The position numbers were made by a program, and so were the translations under genes. Source: Camelus dromedarius (lineage: Eukaryota). From it: a DNA stretch of 64,000 nucleotides. Every line of letters begins with the position of its first letter. Positions within the stretch are counted from its first letter, which is position 1. Shown here one piece after another: positions 49,002 through 63,000 of the stretch. The stretch covers positions 5,024,001 to 5,088,000 of the forward strand of contig NC_087438.1 in the NCBI RefSeq assembly GCF_036321535.1, in the 5' to 3' direction. The notes under the pieces are model-generated. The model saw only the letters and a program-made list of their open reading frames with translations. It made no database searches and had not been told where the DNA came from.

Positions 49002-49974
49002 CACCTTGGGAGGTCGAATAACAACCAGATCAGTGTAACAGCCCCCAGAGATGGCACTGGAACTGCTTGGTTTCAGATATCTGTCTCTCTCATCACCTTT
49101 TCCATTTTCATATGTCTTGTATTAAAATAATGTGTCTTGGTCTTGGTGTTTCTGTGAGCTGTATTTTGGTCTCACTCAATTTCACCTCATTGTTGAAATA
49201 TTGCAAAGTGACGATAGCTTTAGAAAACTAGAGAACAGGTCCATGTGAAGGGTTGAGGGCTTCCAGGATTAACATTCTGAAACGGCCGTCGTTTGATCAG
49301 TGTCCTTGATGAGTGATCCCCGGTGTCGGCAGTGACATCTTCAGCAGCTGGTGCGTTTGGCAGCCAGTTTGACTGCAGTTGCCCGGCTGGGTGACACAGC
49401 ATCCCAGAGCTCTCCTGGGCTCCTGAGAGACAACCCTGTGCAGGAGCTTAAGGGAGACGTGGCGGGGATGCTCCTGTGGCAGGGAGGGGCCCTGCATCCA
49501 GACCAAACACTGCCGCTTCCTCAGCCAGTGTCCTGGGGAATCCTTTGGCATCAGGCTGTGACTTATCTGAGAGCCTCTCCACATTAACAAGGGGCTGTCC
49601 CTGTCCCTCGAGTGACGTTTAGGCAGGAAGGAGACTGTCTAAAGGGACCACTGGGATCAGGCACAGCCCTGCCTCGCGGGTACCAGCCGTGGGTCTGGCG
49701 CTGACTCCCGGCTCCTAGATGGCTGCAAGAACTCAGCCAGAGCATTGTAACAGTGTGTCAGGACAGGGCCTGGTGTAGGGTGCTCAGCCTCCCCTGTGTG
49801 TGATCTCCATCAACCCCCTCCAGCCAGCGCAAAGCTAAGTAAAGGTGTGCAGTTGCTGCATAAAGCTTTACACAGCTTTAAGGCTTGTCCCCCGGCCTCC
49901 CCTGCAGAGATGGGTTTGCCCGGGCCCTCTGCGGAGGACACATGGGTCGCCTGGACCCTGGGCGTGAACGCATG

Positions 49975-50215
49975 CCGCTGTGAGGGCTGTGGAGTAAGAG
50001 CCGGGGCTTGCAGGTCACGTCCTAGGGACACGTGCAGTGTCGCTTTGTACAAGTTACCAACTCTTGATCAAGGGGAACAACATGTCCACCACAGGTTCCC
50101 CATCTATGAAATCAGAGTCACACCAGCAGCAGCTCCGGGGGCCGCAGGAAGCGTAGCGGGGATAACTCTTAGCTAAGCAGTGCCTGGCACGTAGTGGCAG
50201 ATGCTCGTTTAGTAT
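49975..50215 (+). mobile_element. MIR
   Basis: caagttacc...aggttccccatctatgaaat...cagtgcctggcacgtagt. Confidence 0.6.
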
Positions 50216-50759
50216 TAGTGAGTGCGGTCAGCCTTACCGCATCCTGGGGCCCCTTTTCCCGCACCCTGCGTGCTGCAGCTCCCTTATTCAGCTGGCAAAG
50301 AGTAGAGACGTGGAGACGGGTAGCCCTAGGCTGCACTTGGGTAAACATTTAGCATTTTGAACAATGCGGGAGGCTGGGCGGGGTTTCGAGTCTGAGGTGA
50401 AGGGAGACAGGAGGAGACTCAGGTGAGCATGAAAGGAGGCCTTCCTTCCTTGGCTTAGCGAACGCGTCGACCTTGTAGCTTATTCTTCTAGATTTGGGGG
50501 CACGTTTAGGAGGCCCTCCCACCACGCCTAGGCTGCAAAGGAGCGCGCCTCCACGAGCCCGTCTCCAACATGGAGATCGTTGATCTCGGCGTTTCTGGGA
50601 GTCGGATGGGAGTTGCGAGCCCAAGAGAAAGCTGAGTTTCAAAGTAGAGATGAGGCCGTGATGATGGCAGAGTTCAGGCTGTGGGCAGAGGAGTAAGAGA
50701 AGTCTCAGGTGACGAGGAGGTCATGGCGCCCTGCAGGTCGCAGGTGGAGAGATGGTGGG

Positions 50760-51060
50760 CAGATACTAACAAGTGTAGGGACTGAAATTTGTACCTGCTG
50801 AGTGACTCCCCAGTAACGCGGGGTGGGCACGTTGCTGAGACCTGCTGTACGATGCGGTGCCTACGGGTGGCAACGCGGCTGGGCCTAAACATGTGAGAGG
50901 GCCGGTCTCATGTGAAGTGTTCTCGCCACGGCAGGAGGGGTGCAGGAGGAAGTTCTTGGAGGTGATGAAGACGTGTATTGCCTTGATTGTGGTCATGGTT
51001 TCACGGGTGTGTGCCTGTCCCCGAACTCATTAAATTGTGCACATGAAATATGTGTACGCA
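50760..51060 (+). mobile_element. L1MB-like 3' end, GC-shifted
   Basis: ttggaggtgatgaagacgtgtattgccttgattgtggtcatggtttcacgggtgtgtgc...aactcattaaattgtgcacat. Confidence 0.75.
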
Positions 51061-51094
51061 GGAGTGTGCTGGCAGACAGCTGTCAGGAACTGTG

Positions 51095-52560
51095 TGTGTC
51101 TTCTCCCATTTTCATACTAGAACGCTCTCTGTTTTGAGGAGTTCTTTGCGCATTGGGGCTACTAGTGATTTGCCTTCGATGTAAGTTGCAGATATTCCCC
51201 CCATTTTGTCCTTTATCTTTTGAGTTTCCTTGCGATGCTTTGCATGCCAAAGTTTTATTTCAAGTTTTTGTGTTGCTAAATTAGTCAGCCTTTAGTTTAT
51301 TCTTCTAGATTTGGGGGCACGTTTAGGGAGTCCCCCCGCCGCTCCTAGGTTACAGTGGTGCACCCCTTCAGGAGCCCATCTCTAACGTTTAGGTTCCGGG
51401 TTGGTGTGGCATCGACCTTGGTGCAGGCATGACATGCTTTGCCTTTTTCTAAGGGGCTGCGCAGCTGGCCCAAAGCTGTTCATTGAAAGGGTGCCACTGC
51501 TCTCCTGGGCCAAGTCTCCCCTTCGCCTGGGCCTGGTTTTCAGCTTTCTTCTCTTCCATTAGTCTGTTTGTGTGCCAGGACCACTCTGTTTTAATTTTGG
51601 AGGGTTTGTAGTATGTTTTAATATCTGGTAGATCTTTTATAATTTTATAGACTTTAACTTTTCCAGCTCCAGGAAAAAAAGAAAGCTAAACATGTTGATA
51701 TGTTTTTTGGAATTGCATTAAAATCATGGCTAAATCTAGGGAGAATTTGTGACTCAAGAACATGATATAGTTTCCATTTATTGGTGTCTGTATTTCTATT
51801 TTGTTCTTTCAGGAATGTATAAAGTTTCTCATACAGATTTGGCACCTGCCTCATTTCTGTGCCTGGGTATTATGTTTCATTGTCATTCATTTAATTATTT
51901 TCCACTTTAAATGGGGTACTTTTTTCCATTGTCTTGTCTCTCATTTTTTTTCTTTAGCTATTTGTGTTATAAAGGAGGTTTATTGACTTTTCTCTGTTAA
52001 ATTTATATCCCACTATTTGACTAAATTCTTTTTTATTAAAGTCTTTAATGTACTTCTGAATTTGTAGACAGGCAGTTTTATTTACATAGAAGGTTGGTTT
52101 CCTGTCTTTTTTCCCTAGAATTCTTATGCCTCTAATTGCTTTCTCTTGTCTCATTGCATTGTCTGATACGTCCATTACCATGTTTAACAGCAGTGGTGAC
52201 AGTTGGCATCTGTGTCATTTTTCTCACTTTAGTAGGAATGTCTCCAGTGTTTCCTCATTAAGTAGGATCCTGGCATTTGGGCTGAGATTTTTATGTATAT
52301 AATTGCATTCAGTGGTAAGTAAGCATCTATCAATGCCTTTTTACCAGGTGTTTTTATAAAGAACTGCTGTTGAATTTTGTTAAATGCCTTTTGACATCTT
52401 TAGAAATGAATTCTATTGATCTTTAATAGAATCACTTATATTTCAGGATTTTGACTGCCCCTCGTCTTTAGCACTATGAAGTGCCTGCATTTGTCTGCTT
52501 TTAAATGTTTTTTGTCCTGAATTCCACCATGTCTGACACCAAAATTGTAGCCCCAGATTG
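51095..52560 (-). mobile_element. Old L1M ORF2 fragments
   Basis: Minus-strand peptides NAMRQEKAIRGIRI and KEFSQIVGYKFN. Confidence 0.75.
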
Positions 52561-52763
52561 CCTTTTATTGTTTTATAGCATGAACATATTTTTTTGATAG
52601 CAGGTTAGGGCCACTTAGATTTATTGATATGCTCCATGTTCTTAGTCTCAGTTTTGCCGTATGTAAGCACATACGTGGACCCATCAACATCTGTGACCAC
52701 GAGAGCCAGGGGCGGAAGAGGTGTTCTTTGGACAACAAAGTAGTTGGATTCTGTGTATGTGTA

Positions 52764-53420
52764 TTTTTATTGAAGTATAGTCAGTGTACAATGTTGGGTC
52801 AGTTTCTGGTGCTCAGCATAATGCGTCAGTCATACATGAACAAGTATGTATTTGTTTCCATGTTCTTTTTCACTGTAAGTTACTACAAGATATTGAATAT
52901 AGTTCTCTGTGCAATATAAACTTGTCATCTATGTATCTTACATATATTAGTTAGTAGCAAATCTCGAACTCCCAATTTATCCCTTCTCACCCTCTTCTCC
53001 CCCTGGTAACCATAAGTCTGTTCTCTATGTCTGTGAGTCTGTTTCTGTTTTGTAAATAAGTTCGTTTGTGTCTTTTTTTTAGACTGCACATATGAATGAT
53101 ATCATATGGTATTTTTCTCTCTCTTTCTGCCTTATTTCACTTAGAATGGCAATCTCCAGGCCATCCATGTTGCTGCAAATGGCATTATTTTATTCTTTTT
53201 TATGGCTGAGTCACATTCCATTATATAAATACACCACAACTTCTTTATCCAGTCATCCGTTGATGGACATTTAGGTGGCTTCCATGTCTTGGCTATTGTA
53301 AATAGTGCTGCTATGAACACTGGGGCGCGTGTATCTTTTCAAATTAGATATATATGCCTTCTGGATATATACCCAGGAGTGGGATTGCTGGATCATACGG
53401 TGTCTATTTTTTGTTTTCTA
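52764..53420 (-). mobile_element. Antisense L1 3' end
   Basis: tttttattgaagtatagtcag...catccatgttgctgcaaatggcatt...ggagtgggattgctggatcat. Confidence 0.92.
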
Positions 53421-54961
53421 AGACTGCACCAAACTACATTCTTGATTGTCAGCTTCTCAAGTTCAGAAACTCATGGAAACAAATCCACCAGTTCACACTT
53501 TCTGCCCAAAAGCAGCTGAACTCTCTTTCATTTTAAAATGTTGACCCCTCAAAATAGGCTGAAAAACAAAACCATCCTTCTTTTTAAAAGGAGTCATTCA
53601 AATGTGTTTTCTGTGTACTTGATGCCTGTTTTAGCACTGGGGTCACAGGAAGTGTCCCTGTGTCCTAGCTTCTCACATATGGGACTTTATCGGTGTGGCA
53701 TTGAGAAGCTAAACCAACAGATGCCAGCTCCACTTAGCCCCTGCTTCTGAACACAAATAGCAGGAAAAAAAAGTAAATAAAAATAAAATGGGAAATGTTT
53801 ATTCCCCTGGGGAGATACATAATGACCGAGTACAGAAACTGAAAGGCATTGGTAGTTCACTTTCCACTTTGAAAACAGCCAACTTGATGTAGAGGATTTA
53901 GTTCTCAATTCCTGATAAAGAAAACAGTTTTCAGATACTTCAAAGTTCGAGGTACGAGTTCCCCCTCCGGTCCTGCTTTGCTGCCCTGTCCCTGAAGCTT
54001 TGCATTTACCACTTCCAGACATGGGGCAGCAATTCTGTTCTTACATAATCCAACAAAAGACTTACGAAGAAGAGGGACACAGTCCTGCTACCTTGAAAAA
54101 TGATGTTTTGCTGCAAAAATTATGATATAATAAAAGTATGTTCAGCTGCAAAGAACATGAAATCCATTGATAACCCACCTGGCAGGGTGGAGCCTGCCTG
54201 TTTCGGAAGGTCCCCTGGGTGCCCTCCTCCGCGTTGCCGTGTGCTTGGGGTGCGTCGTCAGTCAGCAGTTTAATAGCTTGCCTTTTCCACAGGTATTTGA
54301 AATTCTTCATTCTTTCACTTTCCTGCACAGTTTACCTAAACTCTTGTCAGATATTTAGGTTATTCTAAATTTTCTCATCATTATCATCATGCTGTGACAG
54401 AATGCCCTTACCTGTAGAGTATTTTTTGTGCTTTTTCTAGTCATTTCTTAGTATAGATTACAAAAAATGAAGTTGCTGGTCCGAAAGAGTATTTGTAGGG
54501 TTCCAGAGTATACTTCCAAACAGCTCTGTGAGGAAGTTTTAACACTTTATACCCCACCTGTGGAATAGGGTTTCATTCTTTTTTGTTGACCACAGGAAGT
54601 TTAACCTGCCTGGCCCTCTCCTGGGCTCTGCTTGTGACGTATTGAATATTCATTTGAGAGCAAAAGGGAGGAACACGTTGGTTGTTCCGGCCACGTTTAC
54701 GTTGTTGTCACTGTTGATATTCTGATATTCCAAAGAGAGGCTAAGCTTATTCTGCCTTGTGTAAGAGACAGATTCAAATCTAAGGGTCTGTCTGAGATGG
54801 GAGAGCCATGATCCCACGCTGTTCCATGAAAACTTGAAACACAGCTGACAAAGAGGTCCTTAAACTGTGGGTAGTTGAGGGAAGAGTCTCTAGCAGGTGT
54901 GATACTGTCACTCATTACATAGGATTGAAATAAATACCTATTCAATTAAAAAACATAGTCA

Positions 54962-55258
54962 CAAATTTATGTAGTATGTACATTTTATAAGTTGTATGTT
55001 ATAGATGATATATACTATATGAAATATTTTTCTTATTATGTATAGCTTATGAAATATATGAATACATACCTTTTGTAAGTTATATAATATGTAGTAACTT
55101 ATAAAACATTTCATATATTGTATGTTATATATAGCATAAATATATAATTGTAACAAAGTTGTTTGTAATATTTATAATAATGTAGTATACTTATTTGCTA
55201 TTATATATTATATAATATAATATATAAAAGCATGTTTATATAATATATATTATATAAG
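54962..55258. repeat. AT-rich low-complexity, degenerate (TA)n tract
   Basis: About 300 nt dominated by tata/ataat with very little G or C. Confidence 0.85.
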
Positions 55259-56227
55259 TGATTAGGTAACTTTTAGTAGAAACAAAATTTAAGATAAATG
55301 ACGATTCTGTCTGCTACTCCCATCTTGAACAAATGAGGGCTTGAGATAGAATATCTGACAGTTTCTGTGAGGAGGAGAGCGGTGTCATTGCACACGCACA
55401 GCATTTGCTTTGAACTTACTCTCCAGATATGTTCATGGTGTATAAAGTAATGACATTTAAACTTGCCATAAATTGGAGTATTAATCGCTACTTTGAAATG
55501 AAAACAGAACTCGAAACTGTTTCTGTTTAAGTAAATCCGTTTTCTCAATTATCAATTATGTTATTGACTTGAACAAAATGAATTTTCCTTGAAGAGTTGT
55601 ATGCCTTTAGGAATTCAACGTACGCTAATGATCTTTCAAATGCAGAGATTAAAGGAGACTGGATGGAAATAGTTTTATGTGCCTGAAAAAGAGTCAGGAG
55701 TCTCTGCCAATAAAACTCAGAGCTCCAGAGAATGCAATGTTTACGTTCCTGAGGTAAGACATCCAGAGTGAAAGTGTGTGTGTTCCGCAAACCATGGGTG
55801 ACATCAGCAACATGAATAATGTCTGAAATCTTAGCTGCGATCAGGCTGAAGGAAACAGATACTCCGCTTGCTGTGATTTCCAAAATTTAAATATTAATAG
55901 TATATGGAAACACTGTTTATTCCCGCTGTAATTTTAACTGTGACTCATGCTCTTCTAACTGTAAGAGAAAATCCTTAGTTTTAAATCTAGCCATAAATTC
56001 TTGCATTGGCAGTAATTCATGAAGTGCTGGTGGCCTGAGGTGAATTTTGCCTAGTGTGCCTGAATGCTAAATATAATTCCTTTTCTCTTTATGTTGGAAT
56101 CTGACTGGATTCCCTAGTCTGATTGGATTTTTGAAGATGTGTTTATAATCTTTCAATCCAGTAATTTGCATATTCTGTAAGCAAATCTTTTATTCGCAGT
56201 CTACCTGGTCCTGTCAAGGAGAGATCC

Positions 56228-56390
56228 CAGTGTGTGGTTCCCATGCCAATAACATGAGCAAAAGCTGGGGACTTGCTGGAAGTTCAGATTCTCAGGCCCC
56301 GCCCCAGAACAACTGAGTCAGATTCTCAGTGTGGCCCACGCAATCTGTTTAAAAGTGTCTCCAAGTGATTCCATGCTGCTCCAGGTGGGA
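56228..56390. mobile_element. MER5-like hAT-Charlie MITE
   Basis: cagtgtgtggtt...cagattctcaggccccgccccagaacaactgagtcaga...caatctgttt...ctccaagtgattc. Confidence 0.75.
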
Positions 56391-56507
56391 AAACGAATGT
56401 TGATTTTTGTTTAGAGAATAGTCCCACTTGACTTTCACCATCTTCTGCACTGATGCTTTGTGATGTTAAGAAATAGGCTACATTTGCAGTTTGGGGTGAA
56501 GATCTCA

Positions 56508-56937
56508 CATATCAGGAAGCTTTGGTAGACAAACCGTCCCAGAATTTCGTCACTTAAAATAACCCTGCGGGCGCCGCCATTCTGGTCTTAGCTGGGCTCC
56601 CTCGTGTGTCTGTGGTCTGCTGCTGGTCCGCTGAGGGCTGCATGGTTTGGGATGTCCTCAGCTGTGGTGCCTTGTCTGTCCTGTTTATGATCATCCTTCC
56701 CCTGGCAGGCTGCTCTGGAGTCATTCACAGGGTTCCTAAAAAATGGGCAAGAGCAAGACTTCAGAATCAGCCTAGCAACCCCCTGTATTTCCTCTTGACC
56801 ACGCAAGACTTAAGGCCAGCCCAGCCTCAAGGGCTAGAGAGGAGGACTCCACCTCTTGATGGGAGGGGATGCAAAGTCAAACCCTAAAGGAGAGAATATT
56901 CAGGGAGAGGATGACAGGGTGCGAACAGTCTACCCCC
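56508..56937 (-). mobile_element. MLT1 solo LTR
   Basis: gctgggctccctcgtgtgtctgtggtctgctg...aaggccagcccagcctcaaggg...actccacctcttgatgggagg. Confidence 0.65.
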
Positions 56938-58164
56938 AGCCCCGGGCACAGGGTGCAGAAGGACCACTTCTTGGCTAAGGAATTCTGTCCATCCTTCCCG
57001 TAGTCCATTCAGTATGAAAAGCATCCTGATTTTTCTCTGAAGCTGAGAAGAATGACACAGCTGATAGCAGAGAACACAGTTTGTTCAGTCACTGAGTTAT
57101 CACTGTACCAGCAAGAAGACCATGTTTGCAAAAGTTGCATGAACCTTAACATTTGATTAATAAAATGCATATAAAACAAGCTAAGTAGAAACAAGCAAAC
57201 ATATGCATTTTATTTCAAGAGCAGAATTCTCACTGTTAGCCCTGAATTTCTGATGTGATTTCTAGAATGCAGTCTTCTGAGTGCTGAGCTGCCTGAAGAC
57301 CCCGGTTCTCACATGCAGCTGACTGTGTCCTCGGGGATGTGGGGGGGGTGGTAATTATGGTCACGGTGGGCTTTGATGCTGGAGGGCGCTCTGCTGCTGC
57401 TTGCATCGTCAGGGTGTTTGTGATGAACAAGAGGAGAAAAGGAGCAGGAAAAAAGGAGTATGCCCTTGATTAATGAGCTTTGGACCAAAACATTATATGG
57501 TCTTTAATCTTATTAATAATAAGCATAGGGGTTTTGATAGTTGATGTTTCACTTTAAATTGTTAATGGTGGTAATAAACTGTTTTCTGCGGTGATATTAT
57601 ATAATGAGGAAGAACTATTTACTTGTGTTTTTCAGATAATTCGCTAATGTGGAACAGTTTGATCAGATGTATTCCCCTAACATATTATCCATATTTTTAA
57701 AGATGCCTTGTTGTTTTTTTTTCTCCCACATGTTTAGAAAAATTAAGACACATATTCTGTGGCATTCAGTCTGCTTGGAGCTTCTGCTCCCTGGTTCACA
57801 AGTTTTAATTTTCCAGCCAGCATATGTTAAAAGACTTTTTTGTCTCAAATTCTTGCTTCCTAAAAGAAATATAAGAAAAAGCCTATGCCTTCAGGAAGTA
57901 TGATCCTCCCCCAAGAGTGTGATTCCACCATCAAACAGTCATAAGACAATCACGGGAGGCTGGACAATATGGCAAAGACTTTTACCTAAGACGTGCTGGT
58001 TCACAAAGCAGAGAACACTTAGGTCATTTGGGAAAGAGTCAGATGGGATTGATTTTGAGGCAGCCTGGGAGGAAATGCTCAGATGGAAGGAATTAGTCTT
58101 CATGCCGTAAAGGCTGATTGAAGACAGGGCCACGGGGATGCTGGTGGGGCTGGGGTAGGTCAGC

Positions 58165-58555
58165 TTTGAGTCATCTCTCGGTCGGCCATGGCCACAGAGA
58201 TGCTGAAAAACACCTCCCCAAGCTCAGGGGCTTAAATCATAAAGAGCATGTTTCTCACGCAGGCACGTGGGTTGGCGAGGGCTGGCCCTAACTCCAGGCT
58301 GCAGGCGGGCTCAGATCTGCCTCATGGACATCTGCATACTTCAAGGATCAGGGGCTGCTGGAGGCATTTTCTTGTGGCGGGTCCTCAGAGCACAGGGACC
58401 AGCCATATGAGCAGCCCACTTACGGCCACTGCTCCCGTCTATTGGCCAAAGCCAGTCACATGGCCAAGCCCAGCGCCAGTGGGGCCGGGCATTGCCTGCC
58501 CACAGGCAGATGGGGCAGAGCGAGCACTCGCTGACCCTAGCCCGGGCTATTCCAA
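58165..58555 (-). mobile_element. MLT1 (J-like) solo LTR
   Basis: cacctccccaagctcaggggcttaaa...ctccaggctgcaggcgggctcagatctgc...attggccaaagccagtcacatggccaagccc. Confidence 0.7.
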
Positions 58556-59207
58556 GTGAGGCCGGGCAAGTCAGGGCTTCGAGGAGGCTGATGTTTCTTT
58601 TCTTAGCTGTGCACATGCTAATGCAGAATTTACTGTCATTTTTCATTCCACTTGTTCACTTCAACCCCCTAACTTATGTTTTGGAGAGACCTTGAGATTT
58701 ATTCTTTGTAACATAATTACCCTCCAAGCAGGTGACCTTTTTACTAGCAGTGATTTTGAAATGGCTACATTTTTTTCTAAGAATAGTTTTGGCAACTTCC
58801 TAGTGAAGATCAGTATATGTCCTTGATTTGATCTGCAGTTATGGTTGTGTTTATTCGGGAATGTAAATGACCGATAAATCCAAAACTAGACATGGCACAT
58901 AACATTAACAAGGTAAATAACTTGAATGCATTATCCATAGCAATTTAAGAAGTAATTTTTCTTTGCAAAGAAGAAGGTATAATTCCATCCCATCTATAGG
59001 GCTATCTGTGCCTTTGAATATTGTAATTAGCACAGTTGATAAGCAAGGACCGTTTACATGCAGTATTAAGAATGCAGGTAACATTTACTTGACTCCTTTA
59101 CTATAAAATATGAAGTATATTAAACCATAAAATTATTGGAAAATTGTTCTCCTGTTTAGCTAAAATATAAACATAAATGTTCAGCATTATCAAAATTAGA
59201 ACTCTTG

Positions 59208-60083
59208 AGGCAAATCAAAACCACACTAAGATAACATTTCACACCTATTAGAATGGCTATTATAAAAAAGACGAGATACCAAGTCTCGGCAAAAATGTGG
59301 GCAAAAGGGAACCCCTGTGCACTGTTGGAGGGAATGTAAGTTGGTGAAGCCACTATGAAAAAAATAGAAAGTAAAACAGAACTACCATACAGTCTAGCAG
59401 TTCCATTTCTGGGTATTTACTTGAAGAAAACAAAAAACACTAATTTGAAAAGATATGTGCACCCCTATGTTCATTGCAGCATTGTGTATAATAGCCAAGA
59501 TACGAAAGCAACCTAAGTGTCCGCCAGTAGATAAATGGATAAAGAAGATGTGGTTTTTCTTTATATACACACACGAGATGGAGTATTTTCAGCCTTAGAA
59601 AAGAAGGAAATCCTTCCTTTGTGACACAGATGGGCCTTCAGGGCACTATGCTGGGTGAGATAAGTCAGACAGAGAAAGACAGGTACTGCGTGGTAACACT
59701 TACATGTGGAATCGAGTAAGAAGAAGAAGTCAAGACTCATACAGAGTAGAAAAGTGGTTTCCAGGGCCTGGGCGATGGAGGAAATCAGGAGAGGCTGGTA
59801 AAAGGGTACAGACTTTCAGCTATAAGATGAATAAGGTCTGAGGATCTAATGTAAAACATGGCGACTGTAGCTGATAACACTGTGTAACTGACATTTGCTA
59901 AGAGAATAAAACTTAAATGTTCTCATTAAAAAAAGATAATTATGTGAGGTGATGGAGGTATTAATTAGATGTAGGGAATCCTTTTTGTAGTGTATACACC
60001 TATCAAATCACCACGATGTACACTTTAAATATCTTTCCATTTTATATGTCAATTACACCTCCGTAGACTTGGTGGGGAAAAGA
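59208..60083 (+). mobile_element. L1MA/MB-type 3' end (ORF2 C-terminus and 3' UTR)
   Basis: gcaaatcaaaaccacactaagata...gcacccctatgttcattgcagcatt...gtgaggtgatgga...gtcaattacacctc. Confidence 0.9.
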
Positions 60084-63000
60084 CAAACCAAACAAAGATA
60101 CTGGGGGAAACCCGACAACACTTCCACCTGCCCCTCACTGGCCAAGTGACCACATTTACCTGGAAGGGAAGTGGATAATGTAGTTTTTTGATTCGGTTAG
60201 CAAAGAATTGAGGTTCTCTTCTGTTTCCTAGAAATTGAAGAATTGATCCTGGGGCAACTAGCAAGCTCTGCTTAATCCCGTTTGTCTTTGGAGGACGTTC
60301 TGAATGTGCTTGGGGCCGTGCATTGTGAGACATCCAGTACCAAGCTTTTAGTTACACTCATAGTAGCATAATAATTCCGTATAATAGTTTGCCTTCCCAT
60401 AGCTTTTATTTATTTTATGGGCTGCCTTGAAGCTATGATTATGTTTCCACATATGTGCCTTGGGCACCTCTTAGAATTAGATGTAGCTTCCAAGCTAATC
60501 AAACCATGTTTTTAAAAAAAACTGGGGATTTAGCTGAGTTATTCCTTTGTGTGTGGCTCTTTACGGGAGAATTAAACTTGGATTAAAAAAATTTCCTCCC
60601 AGTTTTGGAGTGAGAATTTGTCAGGTAAATCTTGGAGTTCGTCTTTGTGAATTTGTGTATGTAATGAGTGCTGGTTATGTTGCCCAGGCAGTTTTAACAG
60701 TGTTTCAGTGTTATTTCTAAATTTGCATTTGAAACACTCATTGGTGGCTAATAACAAAAACGATTTCTGTTAAGGTCTCACCCTTAGCATCTATTTCATG
60801 GAAACCATCGTTCTTGAATATCTGGAACGTTGTCCGAATCTCCCGGAGAAGGAAGTGTAGTGAAGGACGAGGTTGCTTTCTTGTGCGTGACTTGAGCTGT
60901 TAATGGGAAGGAGGGGCGGGAGGAGGGGTGGGTGGTTACGGTAAGTGAAGGTGTTTCTCTCCTCGGTTGGCCTCCAGCGTGTGCATGTTTTGATGGCAGT
61001 TTGATGCCATTCGCTGTTTCTCCTTTAACTAGAGCGAGCTGACTAGTAGACGGAGCAGCAGGGTTGTCTACAAAATGCTGCCCGAGTATTTGATTAGGCC
61101 TAATGTGTTTTAATGAACAGCAGCCTAAGAGCCCAAACACTGCATCTTAGTGCGCTTGACCTTATTATGTTCAAGTAGCAGTTGGATATCACTTGGAAGA
61201 GAGTCATAAATCTCTCAGACTAATTAATGGTAATGTTTTAAAAATACTGGCAGATGAAAGCAACAAACATGTCAGTCCCCAAGTTGTGTTTTTCAGCTAC
61301 TGATTGATAATACTAGGTCAGTTGCCAAGTTTTAATTTCTTGATTAAATGGCATCCCCAATATTGCTGTTTTATTCACACTTACTGAAGTTAATAACTAA
61401 TGTATTTGACACTTCCTGTCTCTCCCAGGAAATATTTTCCCTCATTATTAAAAAAATGCAGATTGTCAAATGTAGTTACAAAAACATCAAATTATTTGAC
61501 AATTTATTAATGATAGTTTAAGACTGTAATAGTAAGGGCTGGCAGTTCTTACCAAAAATACCTAAAAATTCTGAAGTGCCTTTTGAATCATCAAATTGGT
61601 GAAATTACATTCGATATATTTTGAAGATTTGCTTTGTTTCATTTTACTTCTTTTCCGCATCCTTTGGCATTCACAGTGTAAATGGCAGTTTTCTATTAAG
61701 TGGGGTTCTCTATGTGGTCCTGTGTGTGGGTTGGATTGGACAATAGACATTAAATACATTTTTGGGGACCTGTGGCTCTTTTCCTTGGCAGAGTGGATGC
61801 CAGCTGGGAGGCTGCCGCAGGTGGTGCAGGTGATGAAGGGGAGAGAGAACAGGTGGGGACCTGCCCAGTGGTGTGCAGTGAACCCGGGAGGAGACGGGAC
61901 GGATTCCAGAGAGTTGTCAGAGGGGGAGGCAGCAGAAGGCTTTGTGGTCCCTGGACTGGGTTGGGTTGTCCTCTCCATGATTTTGAGATTTAACTCAGTT
62001 TTCTTTTGAGTTGGCTTCTGTTTCCTTCGGAGTCAATAAAAAGAGACTGTTTTAATCATATATGAATAATATGCTTGGATAAATGTGCTTATGTAATTGG
62101 CTTTTGAAATGAAGTACAGCACTCACATTGGTACCTGTTCCCTCGGGTTTTTGGTTTTACCCCATTGTATGCACTGCCAGAATCCTTTTTAACCTTGATG
62201 CTGTCATCACATCCCTGCTACTACTGCCCCTGGAGTTTGTGAAGATTCAGTCGGTGTCCACGGCGTTGCTGTGCAGACAGTGAAGAGAGCGGTCCTTCCG
62301 TGCCGTGCACAGCGTGGTGAGCACTGTCCTGTGTGCCTTTGCCCTTTGAGCTGCCTCTTCCTCTCCTCCCGTTCTCCAGTTGAGGAGGGTGAGGCCCAGC
62401 GGTTGTACAGTGTTCCCAGGGCCACAGAGCTCTTCATTCACGGGCGCTTGCTGGGGAGCAGAGATCTAGCCTTGCAGCTTGCAGCCGTCCTGTCGCACCC
62501 CGTCCATTGCACGGATGGCCTTCTGCTGGGAGCACGAGCGGATAGACATGCAGCAAATGAGGAGTGGCCTGGGAAAGGAATGGGCTCAGTATGTACGCAT
62601 CTCTAACATGGTAGATAAAGGAGAATTCTTCACCCGACCGACCCCCCCCCCCCCCAAAAAAAAAACTCCGAGGGAGGAAGGGATTTTATTAGGTTGAAGG
62701 ACTTAGACTGTTTCATGGAGACGGTGCTTCGAAGGCAGGACGGGGCTCCCGAACAGGAGGACATCTGGTGGAGGAAGTAACAGCAGTGGCGACGCTGCAA
62801 AGAGAAGCCAGCAGGATGAACACAGGGGGAGGGGTCCTGAGTTCTCCACCGAGGCTGCTGTGACTTGGGTCTTAGATGACACCGAGATGAATTTGCGTTT
62901 CATTTGGTAGACACAGGGAAGCCACTGGAGGTTTCGGGTAAAGAAATGACATGTTTAGACAATTTCTTAGAAGTTCATTTTCTAAACTGTCCCCTAGTTT

